The position numbers and the translations under genes were made by a program. The notes beneath the pieces are model-generated. The model was not told the origin of the DNA. It did not search any database and saw only the letters and a list, made by a program, of their open reading frames with translations. Below, piece by piece: positions 38,824 to 49,582 of a stretch of 64,000 nucleotides of DNA. Each line of letters opens with the position of its first letter. The stretch's first letter is position 1. The stretch spans positions 1,504,001 to 1,568,000 of the forward strand of contig OY969695.1 in the NCBI GenBank assembly GCA_963701965.1, read 5' to 3'. The DNA is from an uncultured Gemmatimonadales bacterium. GTDB taxonomy: Bacteria; Gemmatimonadota; Gemmatimonadetes; Gemmatimonadales; Gemmatimonadaceae.

Positions 38824-40851
38824 CGGAGCTCAACGCCGAGCAAGAGAAGGCAGCCACGTTCGGCGACGGGCCCTTGCTGATCATTGCGGGGGCTGGGACA
38901 GGCAAGACGCGCACCCTCGTCCATCGCGTCTCCCATCTCCATCGCCCGGGGCGTCCGACCCGAGCGGATGCTCCTCCTGACGTTCACGCGCCGGGCCGCG
39001 CAGGAGATGCTCGGACGCGTCGAGCAGCTCGCGGGCGCGGGTGGCCGGCAGGTGCAGGGCGGCACCTTCCACGCGACCGCCCACCGGTTGCTCCGCCGCT
39101 ACGGCGCCGCCGGGGGTCTGGCGAGCGATTTCACGATCATGGATCAGGCCGACGCCGAGGACCTGATGCAGCTCTCGCGCGCCCAACTCGGTTACGCCGA
39201 AAAGGGGAAGCGCTTCCCAAAGAAAGAGACCCTGCACTACGTCTACTCGCGGCACGTGAACACCGAGATCCCGGTGGCCAAGATCCTCGGCGGCGAGTAT
39301 CCCCAGTTCGCCGAGTATGTTGCCGATTTCGGCACCATCTACGCCGACTACACGGAGCGCAAAGCCACCCGCAATCTCGTCGACTACGACGATCTGTTGC
39401 TCTTCTGGGCGACAATGCTGGAAGCGTCGGAGGAGCTCGGCGGGCGCATCGCCGGCCTGTACGACCACATCCTGGTCGACGAGTATCAGGACACGAACGT
39501 TCTGCAGGCGCGCGTTCTGCGCGGGATGTGCCGCCGCCACGCCAATATCACGGTCGTCGGCGACGACGCACAGAGCATCTATTCGTTCCGCGGCGCCAAC
39601 TTCCGCAACATCCTCGATTTCCCGGCGCAGTTCCCCGGTGCGACCGTGCTGACGCTGGAACGGAACTATCGCTCCACGCAGCCCATCCTCGACGCCACGA
39701 ATACGCTGATCTCGCGGGCCCGCGAGCGCTACACCAAGGCCTTGTGGACCCGCCGCACCGGCGGCGACATGCCGGCGTTGGTGACGGCCCGGGACGAAGA
39801 AGAGCAGACTCGATGGGTGTGCGACCGGATCCTGGCGCTCCACGAGTCGGGCACGCCGCTGCGCGAGATGGCGGTGCTGTTCCGCGCCGGGTACATGTCG
39901 GCCGCCCTCGAGATCGAGCTCACCAATCGCAAGATCCCCTTCGAGAAATGGGGCGGCCTCCGGTTTCTGGAAGCCGCGCACGTGAAAGACGTCCTGGCCT
40001 TTCTCCGCGTGCTGGAGAATCCCCGCGACGACGTCAGCTGGTACCGTATCCTGATGCTGCTCCCCGGCATCGGCGACGTCACGGCGCGCCAGGCCATCGA
40101 CGCCATGGCGCAGGCGGCGTGGGAGTCGGCGGCGTTTGCCCATTATCGACCGCCCGCGCGCGCGCGGGCGGCGCACGCGGCGCTCGTGGCGTTGCTGGAC
40201 TCGCTCCGGCGCACGGAAGCGCCTGCGGCCCTCAGTGCCGAGATTGCGCGGGTGCGGCAGCTCTATGACGATATTGTGCGAGAAAAATACGATCGGGTCG
40301 AACCGCGGCTGGCCGATCTCGACCAACTGGAGACCATCGCCGGCGGGTATCCCAGTCGGGCGGCGTTTCTCTCGGCGCTGGCGCTGGAGCCGCCACAGGC
40401 GACGCAAGACTTGGCCGGGGGCACGCAGAGCGAAGACGATACGCTGATCTTGAGTACCGTCCACTCGGCCAAGGGCAAAGAGTGGGACGCCGTGTTTCTC
40501 ATCTGGGCCGTCGACGGCTGGTTCCCGTCGGCCCGGGCGCTGTCCGATGAGAATGAGACCGACGAAGAGCGTCGCTTGATGTACGTGGCGCTGACGCGGG
40601 CCCGGAACCACCTGGCGGTGACCTACCCGCTAGAGGTTTACAGCTCGCGCCGGGGCGCCGACTATTCTATCGATCAGCTCTCACGATTCCTGGACGCCGG
40701 CGTGCGGGAGCGAATGCAGCGGATCGTCGTGGGCTCGTCGAGCCCTGCGTCCGCGCCCGAGGCGCCGACGTCCGCGCCCGAGGCGCCGACGTCCGCGCCC
40801 CTCGACCTGCGCGCCGCGCTGCGCGGCCGCTTCGGACCACCACTCACATGA
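38820..40851 (+). CDS. UvrD/PcrA/Rep-family helicase (frameshift at about 38940)
   Basis: LNAEQ...IAGAGTGKT in one frame; LLTFTRRAA, VDEYQD, GDDAQSIY, STVHSAKGKEW, YVALTRA in the next. Removing one C at 38939-40 joins them. Confidence 0.9.
40748..40800 (+). repeat. 21-bp perfect tandem repeat x2.5
   Basis: CGTCCGCGCCCGAGGCGCCGA repeated; encodes SAPEAPT. Confidence 0.9.
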
Positions 40852-41367
40852 CGAAAGACCTGGCCTTCGCCGACACCGAGCAAGAGATCGCCGCCACCCG
40901 CCGCTTTCTGGAGCGGGTCCCCAAGGACCAATTGGACTGGCGCCCCCACGAGAAGTCGATGACGCTGGGCCGCCTCTCCATGCACTGCGCCGAGATCCCC
41001 GGCGCGGCCGCACGGATCTTCGAGACCGACGAGTACCACTACAACCCGCCAGGCGACCCGCCGGCACCCCGGCGCGAGGAGTCCACGACGGGCGACGCGG
41101 TCGCCCTCCTGGACACCAACGCGGCCAAGCTGCGTGAGTTGCTGCGGAGTGTCGACGACGCCAGCCTGGCCAGGCCATGGACCTTCAAGGCTTTTGGCCA
41201 CACGATCTACACGGTGCCCAAGCTGCACGCTTACCGCATCCGGGTGCTGAACCATTCTCATCCACCACCGCGCCCAACTCGGCGTCTATCTCCGCCTGTT
41301 GGGCGTGAGCCTCCCAGCGACGCCTTACGGTCCGAGCGCCGACGAGCGGCCGGCGTTCGCCCGCTGA
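40848..41367 (+). CDS. DinB/YfiT-family protein (frameshift at about 41256)
   Basis: WRPHEKSMTLG.L..H. Removing one T at 41255-56 gives NHLIHHRAQLGVYLRLLG...YGPSAD, with stop at 41365-67. Confidence 0.85.
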
Positions 41368-42422
41368 CGGAGCGCGGCGAACGGATCGTCGGGATGCGCG
41401 CGGGCGAGCGCGATGATTTGCGCCACGCTCGCGCGCAGGTCGCCCCCTGACGCCGCGAATACCGCATCGAAGGCGTCGAGATCCGTGAGGTAGATCCGGC
41501 GGGCCAGCAGCGCGGCGTTGTCGAGCCGCACGCGCGCCGGCCACCAGTCGGGGTACGTGTGCAGGCGGGGGCCAATCGAGTCGACGAGCTGCCGGCGGGC
41601 CCGCGCGTAGACCGCATCCCGGACGGCCAACCGCGCGGTCGAATCCGACGGATGCGCCGCGTATCCCGAGTCGAGCGCATCGTAGACCTCGGACCAAAAT
41701 CGGCCGATCGCCTTGTCATCCTCCCACCGCGCCCGGGCCTGGTCGGCGGCGGCCGTCGACCCGCGCGCGCGAAAGAACAGTTCGGCGCCGCGCGATCCGA
41801 CGAAGTTGGCGAACGACTCGTTGAAGATCGCCTGACCCGGCGCGTAGTACGTGTTGTGCGTCAGCTCGTGGATGACCGTATTCGCCAGTTCGACCGAGTC
41901 GTCGGCCAGCGTCGTCGAAAGGAGCGGATCGTTGAAGAAGCCGAGTGTGCTGAACGCCGGGGACGGCCGCAGATAGGCGTCCAAGCCGCGTTGCCGGAAG
42001 GCCTCGGCGTCGTGGGCCGCCGCCTTGAAGTCGAAATACCCCTTGTACGGCACGCGCCCCACGATCGGAAACCACCACGTGTAGGCCCGGAGCTGGTCCC
42101 GATAGGCGCCGGACAGCACGAGCACCAGGGTGTCCCGGCCAAGCGCGCTGTAAGTCGTGAAGCTGCGCTTCGCGGCGAGACCGACCGAGTGCGCGGCGAA
42201 CTCCCGCGCGTCCAGGACAAGGCTGAGCTTGGCTCGCCTCGTTTGATCCGATGGGGTTGTGGCGGCCTCGGCGATGACGTCGGAGATAGGGCGCCGGCGG
42301 GCCAGGATCAACCCTTCTTCCCAGGCCGCCCGCACGAGATAGCGACCCGTCAATGTAGCACTAGCGAGCCAAGCGATCGCGACGGCGGCCAACACGACTC
42401 CGCGGAGAAACCAGCGCCTCAT
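41325..42422 (-). CDS. Putative zinc aminopeptidase (HExxH)
   Basis: W.FPIVG.VPYKGYF, AFSTLG.F.DP, HELTH...FNESFA. Confidence 0.85.
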   Translation of the reverse strand: MRRWFLRGVVLAAVAIAWLASATLTGRYLVRAAWEEGLILARRRPISDVIAEAATTPSDQTRRAKLSLVLDAREFAAHSVGLAAKRSFTTYSALGRDTLVLVLSGAYRDQLRAYTWWFPIVGRVPYKGYFDFKAAAHDAEAFRQRGLDAYLRPSPAFSTLGFFNDPLLSTTLADDSVELANTVIHELTHNTYYAPGQAIFNESFANFVGSRGAELFFRARGSTAAADQARARWEDDKAIGRFWSEVYDALDSGYAAHPSDSTARLAVRDAVYARARRQLVDSIGPRLHTYPDWWPARVRLDNAALLARRIYLTDLDAFDAVFAASGGDLRASVAQIIALARAHPDDPFAALRQRANAGRSSALGP

Positions 42423-42499
42423 ACGGGGTGACACATGTGTTCCACCCCATCGATCCCAAGGTCGCAGCCGTTGTTCTTACATACTATTATGCAGGTCTG

Positions 42500-45400
42500 A
42501 TGTCCTTCGTCCATCTCCACTGCCATTCGGAGTATTCCCTTCTCGACGGTGCAAACCGAATCGACGATCTGATCGGGCGGGCCAAGGAGTTTGAGCAGCC
42601 CGCCCTGGCGATCACCGACCACGGGAATATGCACGCCGCGTGGGAGTTCCAGGAGAAAGCGAAGAAGGCCGGCCTCAAACCGATCATCGGGATGGAGGCG
42701 TACGTTGCTCCCGGTCCCAGGCAGGCTCGACAGCGGGCGACGCCAACCGCCAAACCCTATTACCACTTGGTGCTGTTGGCCCGGGACGCGACCGGGTACA
42801 AGAATCTGGTCAAGCTCTCGTCCCTGGCGTACGTCGAGGGCTTCTACGCGAAGCCCAGGGTCGATCGCGAGTTGCTCCAACGGTACAACGCCGGCCTGAT
42901 CGTCTCCTCGGCCTGCATGGCCGGCGAGGTCGCGTCACATCTCCTGGCCGGCAACCAGGACGCCGCCAGGGAAGCCGCCGCCTGGTACGCCGAGGTCTTC
43001 CGGGACCGGTACTACCTCGAAGTCCAGGCCCACGACAGTGAGGGGCAGCGCGGGCTGAATACCCGGGTGTTTGCGCTCGCCGACGAGCTGGGGCTGCCGG
43101 TGATCGCGACCAACGACTCGCATTTTCTCAAGGCCGAGGATCACGACTCCCACGATGTGCTGCTGTGCATCGGATTGGGGAAGGACCGGGACGATGGGGA
43201 CCGGATGCGGTACGATCGGGGCCTGTACTTCAAGTCGGCGCCCGAGATCCAGGCCCACTTCGCCCCTTTCGGGGGCCGGACCGACGTCCTGGAGAACACC
43301 CTCAAGATCGCGGACGACGTCGGCATCCAGTTCGCGAAGAAGTACTATCTGCCGTCGTTCCCGTTGCCCGCTGGCGTCGAGACCGAGAACGACCTGCTGG
43401 TCCGGCTCGCCGAGGCCGGGGCCCACGAGCGCTACGGGGACTCCCTCCCCGCGGAGGTCCGCGAGCGGCTGGACTACGAACTCGGCGTGATCACGAAGAC
43501 CGGGTACGCCGGTTACTTCCTGATCGTCGCCGATTTCATCAAGGCGGCCCGGGATCGGGGCATCCCGGTCGGTCCGGGACGCGGCTCGGCGGCAGGGTCC
43601 CTGGTGGCTTATGCGCTCCGCATCACCGACGTCGATCCGCTCACGTTCGACCTGCTGTTCGAACGCTTTCTCAATCCCGATCGCGTCTCGATGCCGGATA
43701 TCGACGTCGATTTCTGCTTCGAGCGCCGCGGTGAGGTGATCGAGTACGTCCGCCAGAAATATGGCCGCGACTCGGTAGGTCAGATCGTGACGTTCGGCAC
43801 GCTCAAGTCGCGCGCCGCGATCAAGGACGTCGGCCGCACCCTCGGCTTCACGCCGGCGGAAACCGACGCGCTGGCCAAGCTGATCCCGAACCAGCCGAAC
43901 TACTCGCTCACGGTCCGCGAGGCGACCCGGCAGATCAGCGAGGTCCGGAAGCTCTACGACCAGGACGAGCGGTATCGCCAGCTGCTCGACTACGCGATCG
44001 CGCTGGAAGGCTTGTCCCGCCACTCCGGCGTCCACGCCGCCGGCGTCGTCATTGCTCCGGGTCCGCTCGACGACTACGTCCCCATCTTCACGACGACGAC
44101 GAAAGGCGCGGGCAGTGGTGGTTCGCGCGCCGACGACGAGACGGTCGTGGTGACGCAGTACGACATGACGGCGTTGGAAAAGGCCGGCATGCTGAAGATG
44201 GACTTTTTGGGGCTCACGACGCTCACGATCCTGACCTACGCCGTGGCGTCGATCAAGGACCGCACAGGCCAGGCCATCGATCTGGATACTTTGCCGCTGG
44301 ACGATGAGCCGACGTATCGCATGCTGCGGGCCGGACGCACGTCGGGCGTGTTCCAGTTCGAGTCGCCGCTGGCGACTGACATCCTGCGCAGCATGCGGTG
44401 CGACCGGTTCGACGACCTCGTGGCGTCGAACGCGCTGATGCGCCCGGGACCGCTCGACGCGGGCATGCACCGCGTCTATTGCAAGCGCAAGCGCGGCGAG
44501 GAACCGGTCAGCTACCTGCTCCCGGAGCTGGAACCGATCCTGTCGGCCACCTACGGCGTGATCACGTATCAAGAGCAAGTGATGCGGATCGCGCAGGTCC
44601 TGGCCGGCATCTCGCTCGCCGAAGCAGATGTCCTTCGGAAGGCGGTCGGTAAAAAAGATGCGGAGCTGATTCGCGCCGAGCTGGGGAAATTCGTCGAGAA
44701 GGCGGTGGCGCTGGGACGCCCGCGGCCCATCATCGAGGAGCTGGCCGCGCAGATCGAGACGTTCGGCCGCTACGGGTTCAACAAGTCCCACTCGGTCGCG
44801 TACTCGATCCTCTCCTACCAAACGGCGTGGCTCAAGACGCACTACGCGGCCGACTTCATGGCTGCCCTGCTCTCGTCGCAGATCGGCGACACGGACTCGG
44901 TCGTCAAGTACATCAATGAGGCCCGCGAGCTGGACCTCGAGGTGCTGCCGCCGGACGTCAACGAGTCGGGGTATCGGTTCACCGTCGTCGGCGACCAGCG
45001 TATCCGCTTCGGCCTGGGCGCCATTCGTAACGTGGGCCGTTCGGCGATCGACTCGATTCTCGCCGCGCGTCGGACCAAACCGTTCACCTCGCTCTTCGAT
45101 CTCGCCGAGCGGGTCGACCTGCGCCTCTGCAACAAGCGGGTCTTCGAAGCGCTGATCAACGCCGGCGCCCTCGACAACGTCGCCAAAGAGGGCCACCGGG
45201 CCGCGTATATCGACGCGCTGGACCGGGCCCTCAATGAGGCGTCATTGGTCCAGAACGAAGCGGCCAGCGGTCAGGGAAGCTTGTTCGGCGGGGGGGCGAT
45301 CGCCGGCACGGCCATGGTGCGGCAGCCGCTCAAGCTGGCGAACGTCGCGCCCTATAGCGAGACCGAACGCCTGGCCAAGGAAAAAGAGATCATCGGGTTC

Positions 45401-46009
45401 TATACGTCCGGCCACCCGCTCGACCCCTATCGGACCGAAGGCGAGCTGTTCGCGACCCACAAGGTCGCCCAGCTGGGTACCTGGTCGCCGGACGCGATCA
45501 AGCTGGCGGTGGTCATCACGGCGGTGAAGAAGCAGGTGAGCAAACGATCCGGCGCCGAGTTCGCCCGGTTGACAGTCGAGGATTTTTCCGGATCTTCAGA
45601 AGTCCTGGTGTTTCCCGAGGCCTGGGCGGCGCTGTCGGACCGCCTCCGCCCCAATGTCCCCGTCCTGCTCGAGGGCGCCTACAGTAAACGCGACCAAGGA
45701 GGCGAGAACCCGACTTTCATCGTCGAGACGGTCAAGAAGTTGGCGGAGTTGCGCACCAGTGGTCAGATGATCGTGTCCATCGATCTCGGACCGGGAACGA
45801 CGCTACCGCCCGAAGTCATGACCGACGTCCGCGCGGTCGTCAATGCGCACCCTGGCTCGGCGCCGCTGGAGATGCGGTGGTCGGATGGCAACGGCACCCG
45901 GGCGCGCTTGCGATCGCGCAGCGTGGCGTTGTCGGCCTCCAACGCGGCTCTCACGGAATTGCGTGCGCTGCTCGGCTCCGAGCGCGTGCGTCTCGTACGG
46001 GGAAACTGA
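42500..46009 (+). CDS. dnaE: DNA polymerase III alpha subunit
   Basis: [18 protein letters not shown] domain, [31 protein letters not shown] fold; no intein seen. Confidence 0.97.
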   Translation: MSFVHLHCHSEYSLLDGANRIDDLIGRAKEFEQPALAITDHGNMHAAWEFQEKAKKAGLKPIIGMEAYVAPGPRQARQRATPTAKPYYHLVLLARDATGYKNLVKLSSLAYVEGFYAKPRVDRELLQRYNAGLIVSSACMAGEVASHLLAGNQDAAREAAAWYAEVFRDRYYLEVQAHDSEGQRGLNTRVFALADELGLPVIATNDSHFLKAEDHDSHDVLLCIGLGKDRDDGDRMRYDRGLYFKSAPEIQAHFAPFGGRTDVLENTLKIADDVGIQFAKKYYLPSFPLPAGVETENDLLVRLAEAGAHERYGDSLPAEVRERLDYELGVITKTGYAGYFLIVADFIKAARDRGIPVGPGRGSAAGSLVAYALRITDVDPLTFDLLFERFLNPDRVSMPDIDVDFCFERRGEVIEYVRQKYGRDSVGQIVTFGTLKSRAAIKDVGRTLGFTPAETDALAKLIPNQPNYSLTVREATRQISEVRKLYDQDERYRQLLDYAIALEGLSRHSGVHAAGVVIAPGPLDDYVPIFTTTTKGAGSGGSRADDETVVVTQYDMTALEKAGMLKMDFLGLTTLTILTYAVASIKDRTGQAIDLDTLPLDDEPTYRMLRAGRTSGVFQFESPLATDILRSMRCDRFDDLVASNALMRPGPLDAGMHRVYCKRKRGEEPVSYLLPELEPILSATYGVITYQEQVMRIAQVLAGISLAEADVLRKAVGKKDAELIRAELGKFVEKAVALGRPRPIIEELAAQIETFGRYGFNKSHSVAYSILSYQTAWLKTHYAADFMAALLSSQIGDTDSVVKYINEARELDLEVLPPDVNESGYRFTVVGDQRIRFGLGAIRNVGRSAIDSILAARRTKPFTSLFDLAERVDLRLCNKRVFEALINAGALDNVAKEGHRAAYIDALDRALNEASLVQNEAASGQGSLFGGGAIAGTAMVRQPLKLANVAPYSETERLAKEKEIIGFYTSGHPLDPYRTEGELFATHKVAQLGTWSPDAIKLAVVITAVKKQVSKRSGAEFARLTVEDFSGSSEVLVFPEAWAALSDRLRPNVPVLLEGAYSKRDQGGENPTFIVETVKKLAELRTSGQMIVSIDLGPGTTLPPEVMTDVRAVVNAHPGSAPLEMRWSDGNGTRARLRSRSVALSASNAALTELRALLGSERVRLVRGN

Positions 46010-46014
46010 TTCCA

Positions 46015-46988
46015 ATGGCTACCACCGCCAACACGCTGGAATTCGAACGGCCGATCGCCGAGCTCGAGCGCCAGATCGAAGAGCTCAAGCGCACCTGGGC
46101 GCGCAGCAGGTCCCCGCCCCGGAAGAGATCGCGCCGCTGGAAAAAAAGCTGACGGAGCTCCGGGTCGAGATCTACCGCAATCTGACACCCTTGCAGCGCG
46201 TGCAAGTGGCGCGCAGCAGCAAGCGCCCGTTCACCGCCGACTACCTGCGGCTCGCCTTCACGGATTTCATCGAGCTGCACGGCGACCGCGCGTTCCGCAA
46301 TGACGCCGCCGTCATCGGCGGGTGGGCACGCCTGGATGGCGAGACGGTCATGGTGATCGGCCACCAGCGGGGGCGCGACACCAAGGAGAACCTGCGCCGC
46401 AACTTCGGCATGCCACACCCCGAGGGCTATCGCAAGGCTCTCCGGCACATGAAGCTGGCGGAGAAGTTCCGGGTGCCGGTCCTCACGTTCATCGACACCC
46501 CAGGGGCGTGGGCCGGCCTGGGTGCCGAGGAGCGCGGACAGTCGGAGGCGATCGCCCGCAACCTCTACGAGATGAGCGCGCTCGAGGTCCCGATTATTGC
46601 CACCGTGATCGGCGAAGGCGGATCGGGAGGCGCGTTGGCGCTGGGCGTGGCGGACCGCGTCTTGATGATGGAGAACGCGGTCTACTCGGTGATCACCGTG
46701 GAAGGTTGCGCGGCTATCTTATGGAAGGACGGCAAGAGCCCGGAGATGCGCGAGCGGGCCGCGGACGCGCTCCGGCTCACGGCGCCCGATCTCTTCGAAC
46801 TGCGGGTGATCGACGAGATCATCCCCGAGCCGCCGGGTGGCGCGCAGAGCGACCACGGCGCGGCTGCCAAGGCCGTGCAGCAGGCGCTGATCCGCAATCT
46901 CGAAGAGCTGCGCAATCTCAAACCGGACAAACTGGTGCGGCGCCGGCGCGAGAAGTTCCTCAAGATGGGTCAGGTCACCGAGGCGTAG
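46015..46988 (+). CDS. accA: Acetyl-CoA carboxylase carboxyltransferase alpha (frameshift at about 46090-46100)
   Basis: [11 protein letters not shown] in one frame; EEIAPLEKK...[28 protein letters not shown] in another. Confidence 0.92.
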
Positions 46989-48050
46989 TTGCTGATCGAG
47001 ATCGCGTTCAAGGGCAATCGCAAGGAGTTCTTCACCTGGGACGGCGAGGAGCCGCCGCCACTCAAGGCGGCGATCATCGTCGACGCCGACCGGGGCGAAG
47101 ACCTCGGGCACGTGCACGCCCTGGGCGAACTGGCGCAAAAACGCTGCGTCGGCTGCTCGCACGGGTGTGGCACCGCGCCTCCGGCGCGGCGCGCGCTCCG
47201 CCTCGCCACGTCGTCCGAGATTCGCCAAGCCCGGGACGTCCGGTCCCAGGACGAGCCGGCGCGGCGGAAGGGCTCGGAGCGCGTGAAAGCCCACGGCCTG
47301 GTCATGAAACTGTCCGACGCCGAGTGGCAGTGGGATCGCAAGAAGCTGACGTTCTATTTCACGGCTGAGAAGCGCGTCGACTTTCGGAATCTCGTCCGCG
47401 ACCTGGCGTCGCTGTTCCGGGCGCGCATTGAGCTCAAGCAGATCGGCGTCCGCGACGAGGCCAAGCGCCTCGACGGGATTGGCCGGTGCGGGCGACAATA
47501 CTGCTCGGCGGCCTGGCTGCCGGAGCTTCGGCCGGTCAACCTCGGCGTGGCGAAGGACCAGCGCCTCTCGCTCAATCCGTCGCAGATCTCCGGGGCCTGC
47601 GGGCGCCTCATGTGCTGCCTGCGCTACGAGCACGAGTTCTACGTCCAGAGCCGCAAACGCTTTCCCAAAGAGGGGAAGGTCATCGTCACGACGAAGGGCG
47701 AGGAGAAAGTCGTGACCAACGACATCTTCCACGAGCGCGTGACCCTGCGCGCGCCGGACGGCGAGACCCGCATCGTGCCGCTGGCGCTGCTCAAGGCCGA
47801 AATGAACGGCGGCGCCGTCGCGCCGGTCGAAGAGACGCCGGTCGAAGAGAGCCTCGAAGGGGAGATGGCTCAGATAGACGAGATCGACGAGATCCCGCCG
47901 GATACGGGCACCTACGCCGTCGCAATGCGCGTCGAACCCGTCACCGCGACACCCGTGACCGCTGACCCGGAGCCTGCGAAGAAGCGGCGGCGGGGCCGGC
48001 GCGGGGGCCGTCGGGGCCGCGGCAAAGGACCGGAGAAAGAAACCGAGTGA
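46989..48050 (+). CDS. ricT: PSP1/RicT (YaaT)-family Fe-S protein
   Basis: RVDFR.LVRDLA, IGVRDEAK..GIGRCGR..C, ISGACGRLMCCLRYE. Confidence 0.9.
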   Translation: MLIEIAFKGNRKEFFTWDGEEPPPLKAAIIVDADRGEDLGHVHALGELAQKRCVGCSHGCGTAPPARRALRLATSSEIRQARDVRSQDEPARRKGSERVKAHGLVMKLSDAEWQWDRKKLTFYFTAEKRVDFRNLVRDLASLFRARIELKQIGVRDEAKRLDGIGRCGRQYCSAAWLPELRPVNLGVAKDQRLSLNPSQISGACGRLMCCLRYEHEFYVQSRKRFPKEGKVIVTTKGEEKVVTNDIFHERVTLRAPDGETRIVPLALLKAEMNGGAVAPVEETPVEESLEGEMAQIDEIDEIPPDTGTYAVAMRVEPVTATPVTADPEPAKKRRRGRRGGRRGRGKGPEKETE

Positions 48051-49576
48051 CGCGGACGTACCTGACGACCGCGATCGACTACGCGAACGGAGAGCCCCAT
48101 CTCGGACACGCGGTCGAGAAGATCGGCGCCGACGTCTACGCGCGGTATCGACGCATGTCCGGCGACCGGGTCCATTTTCTCATCGGGATGGACGAGCACG
48201 GGACCAAGGTCGCCCAGGCGGCCGCCGATCGCGGCGTGACCCCGCAGGAGCAGACGGACCGGATCGCCGCGAGCTTCCAGCAAATGTGGCGCCGGCTCGG
48301 CATCTCCAACGATCAGTTCATGCGCACGACGAGCCCGGCACACCGCGCGGGCGTGACGGCGCTGCTCAACCGCATCTTCGAGCGAAGCCCCGGCGATTTT
48401 TACGAGCGATCGTACGAGGGCTGGTACTGCGTCGGGTGCGAGGCGTTCAAGACCGACGCCGAGATCGTCAATGGGCGCTGCGGGTTGCACCCCACGCGCG
48501 TGCTGGAGTGGGTGGCCGAGCGCAACTGGTTTTTCCGGCTGAGCCACTACACGGGGTTCCTGCGTCGGCATATCGAGGCCCACCCGTCGTTCATCTTTCC
48601 CGAGATCCGGCGCAACGAGATCACGGCCTTGCTCGATCGGGGCCTGGAAAATGTTTCGGCGAGCCGCACGAAGCTGGCCTGGGGCATCCCGTTTCCGCGC
48701 CCGACGAGCGACGGCACCGCCCAGACGACGTACGTGTGGTTCAATGCGCTCCCCAACTACCTGACGGCCACCGGGTTTCCCGAGGCCGGGTACGATCAAT
48801 GGTGGCCCGCGCAGGTCCACTTCATCGGCAAGGACATCACGCGCTTTCACTGCGTGATCTGGCCGGCCATGCTCGAGGCCGCCGGGTTGCCGCTGCCCGA
48901 ACGCGTCTGGGCCCACGGGTTCGTCACGACCGGTGGGGACAGAATGAGCAAGTCGGCCGGCGTCCGTATCGAGCTGGCGGACGCGGTCGAGCGGCACGGA
49001 CCCGACGCGCTGCGGTACTATCTCATGCGGGATGTGCCGTTCAACGGCGACGGCGAGTTCTCGTGGGAGCGCTTCAATGCCGTCTACACGTCCGACCTGG
49101 CCAACGCGTTTGGCAATCTGGCCAGTCGGACGGTGTCAATGGTCGAGCGCTACTGCGGCGGCCTCGTGCCCGCCGGCCGGGCGAACGCCATCGACTCGGC
49201 CGATCTCCAGGACCTCGCGCGCTATCACGAGAGCATGGGCGGCGCGCGCGGCTACGTGCCGCACGAGGCCCTGCGCGCCCTCTGGCTGACCATCGCCCGC
49301 GCCAACGAGTACGTCGATCGCCAGGCGCCCTGGAAGCTCGCCAAGGACTCCGGTCAGCGGGACGCGCTGGACGAGACGCTGGCGAGTCTCATGCGGCAGC
49401 TCGTCCGTCAGGCGGTCGCCGTGGCGCCGTTCATCCCCGAGCGCGCCGAGGAGCTGTGGCGGCAACTCGGCGCGCCCGGGTCGGTGCGCGATCAACGCTT
49501 CGACACGACCCTCTCGCCGACCGGCTGGCGGGTGAACAAGGGCGCGCCGCTCTTTCCCAAAGAGGCTGTCGCTTAG
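48047..49576 (+). CDS. metG: Methionyl-tRNA synthetase (short form)
   Basis: YANGEPHLGH, DEHG.K, Zn knuckle CVGC...CGLH, GKDI..FH...WP, RMSKS. Confidence 0.95.
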   Translation: MTRTYLTTAIDYANGEPHLGHAVEKIGADVYARYRRMSGDRVHFLIGMDEHGTKVAQAAADRGVTPQEQTDRIAASFQQMWRRLGISNDQFMRTTSPAHRAGVTALLNRIFERSPGDFYERSYEGWYCVGCEAFKTDAEIVNGRCGLHPTRVLEWVAERNWFFRLSHYTGFLRRHIEAHPSFIFPEIRRNEITALLDRGLENVSASRTKLAWGIPFPRPTSDGTAQTTYVWFNALPNYLTATGFPEAGYDQWWPAQVHFIGKDITRFHCVIWPAMLEAAGLPLPERVWAHGFVTTGGDRMSKSAGVRIELADAVERHGPDALRYYLMRDVPFNGDGEFSWERFNAVYTSDLANAFGNLASRTVSMVERYCGGLVPAGRANAIDSADLQDLARYHESMGGARGYVPHEALRALWLTIARANEYVDRQAPWKLAKDSGQRDALDETLASLMRQLVRQAVAVAPFIPERAEELWRQLGAPGSVRDQRFDTTLSPTGWRVNKGAPLFPKEAVA

Positions 49577-49582
49577 GGTTGC

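Noticed and set aside
42500..46009. Possible intein or split in dnaE
   Set aside because: Length is normal and motifs are continuous; only a short Gly/Ser/Thr loop insertion is present.
46140..46150. A7 run in accA as a programmed -1 frameshift site
   Set aside because: The AccA-like sequence EEIAPLEKK is already in the downstream frame before the run, so the frame change lies earlier. The A_AAA_AAG heptamer is also in the wrong phase.
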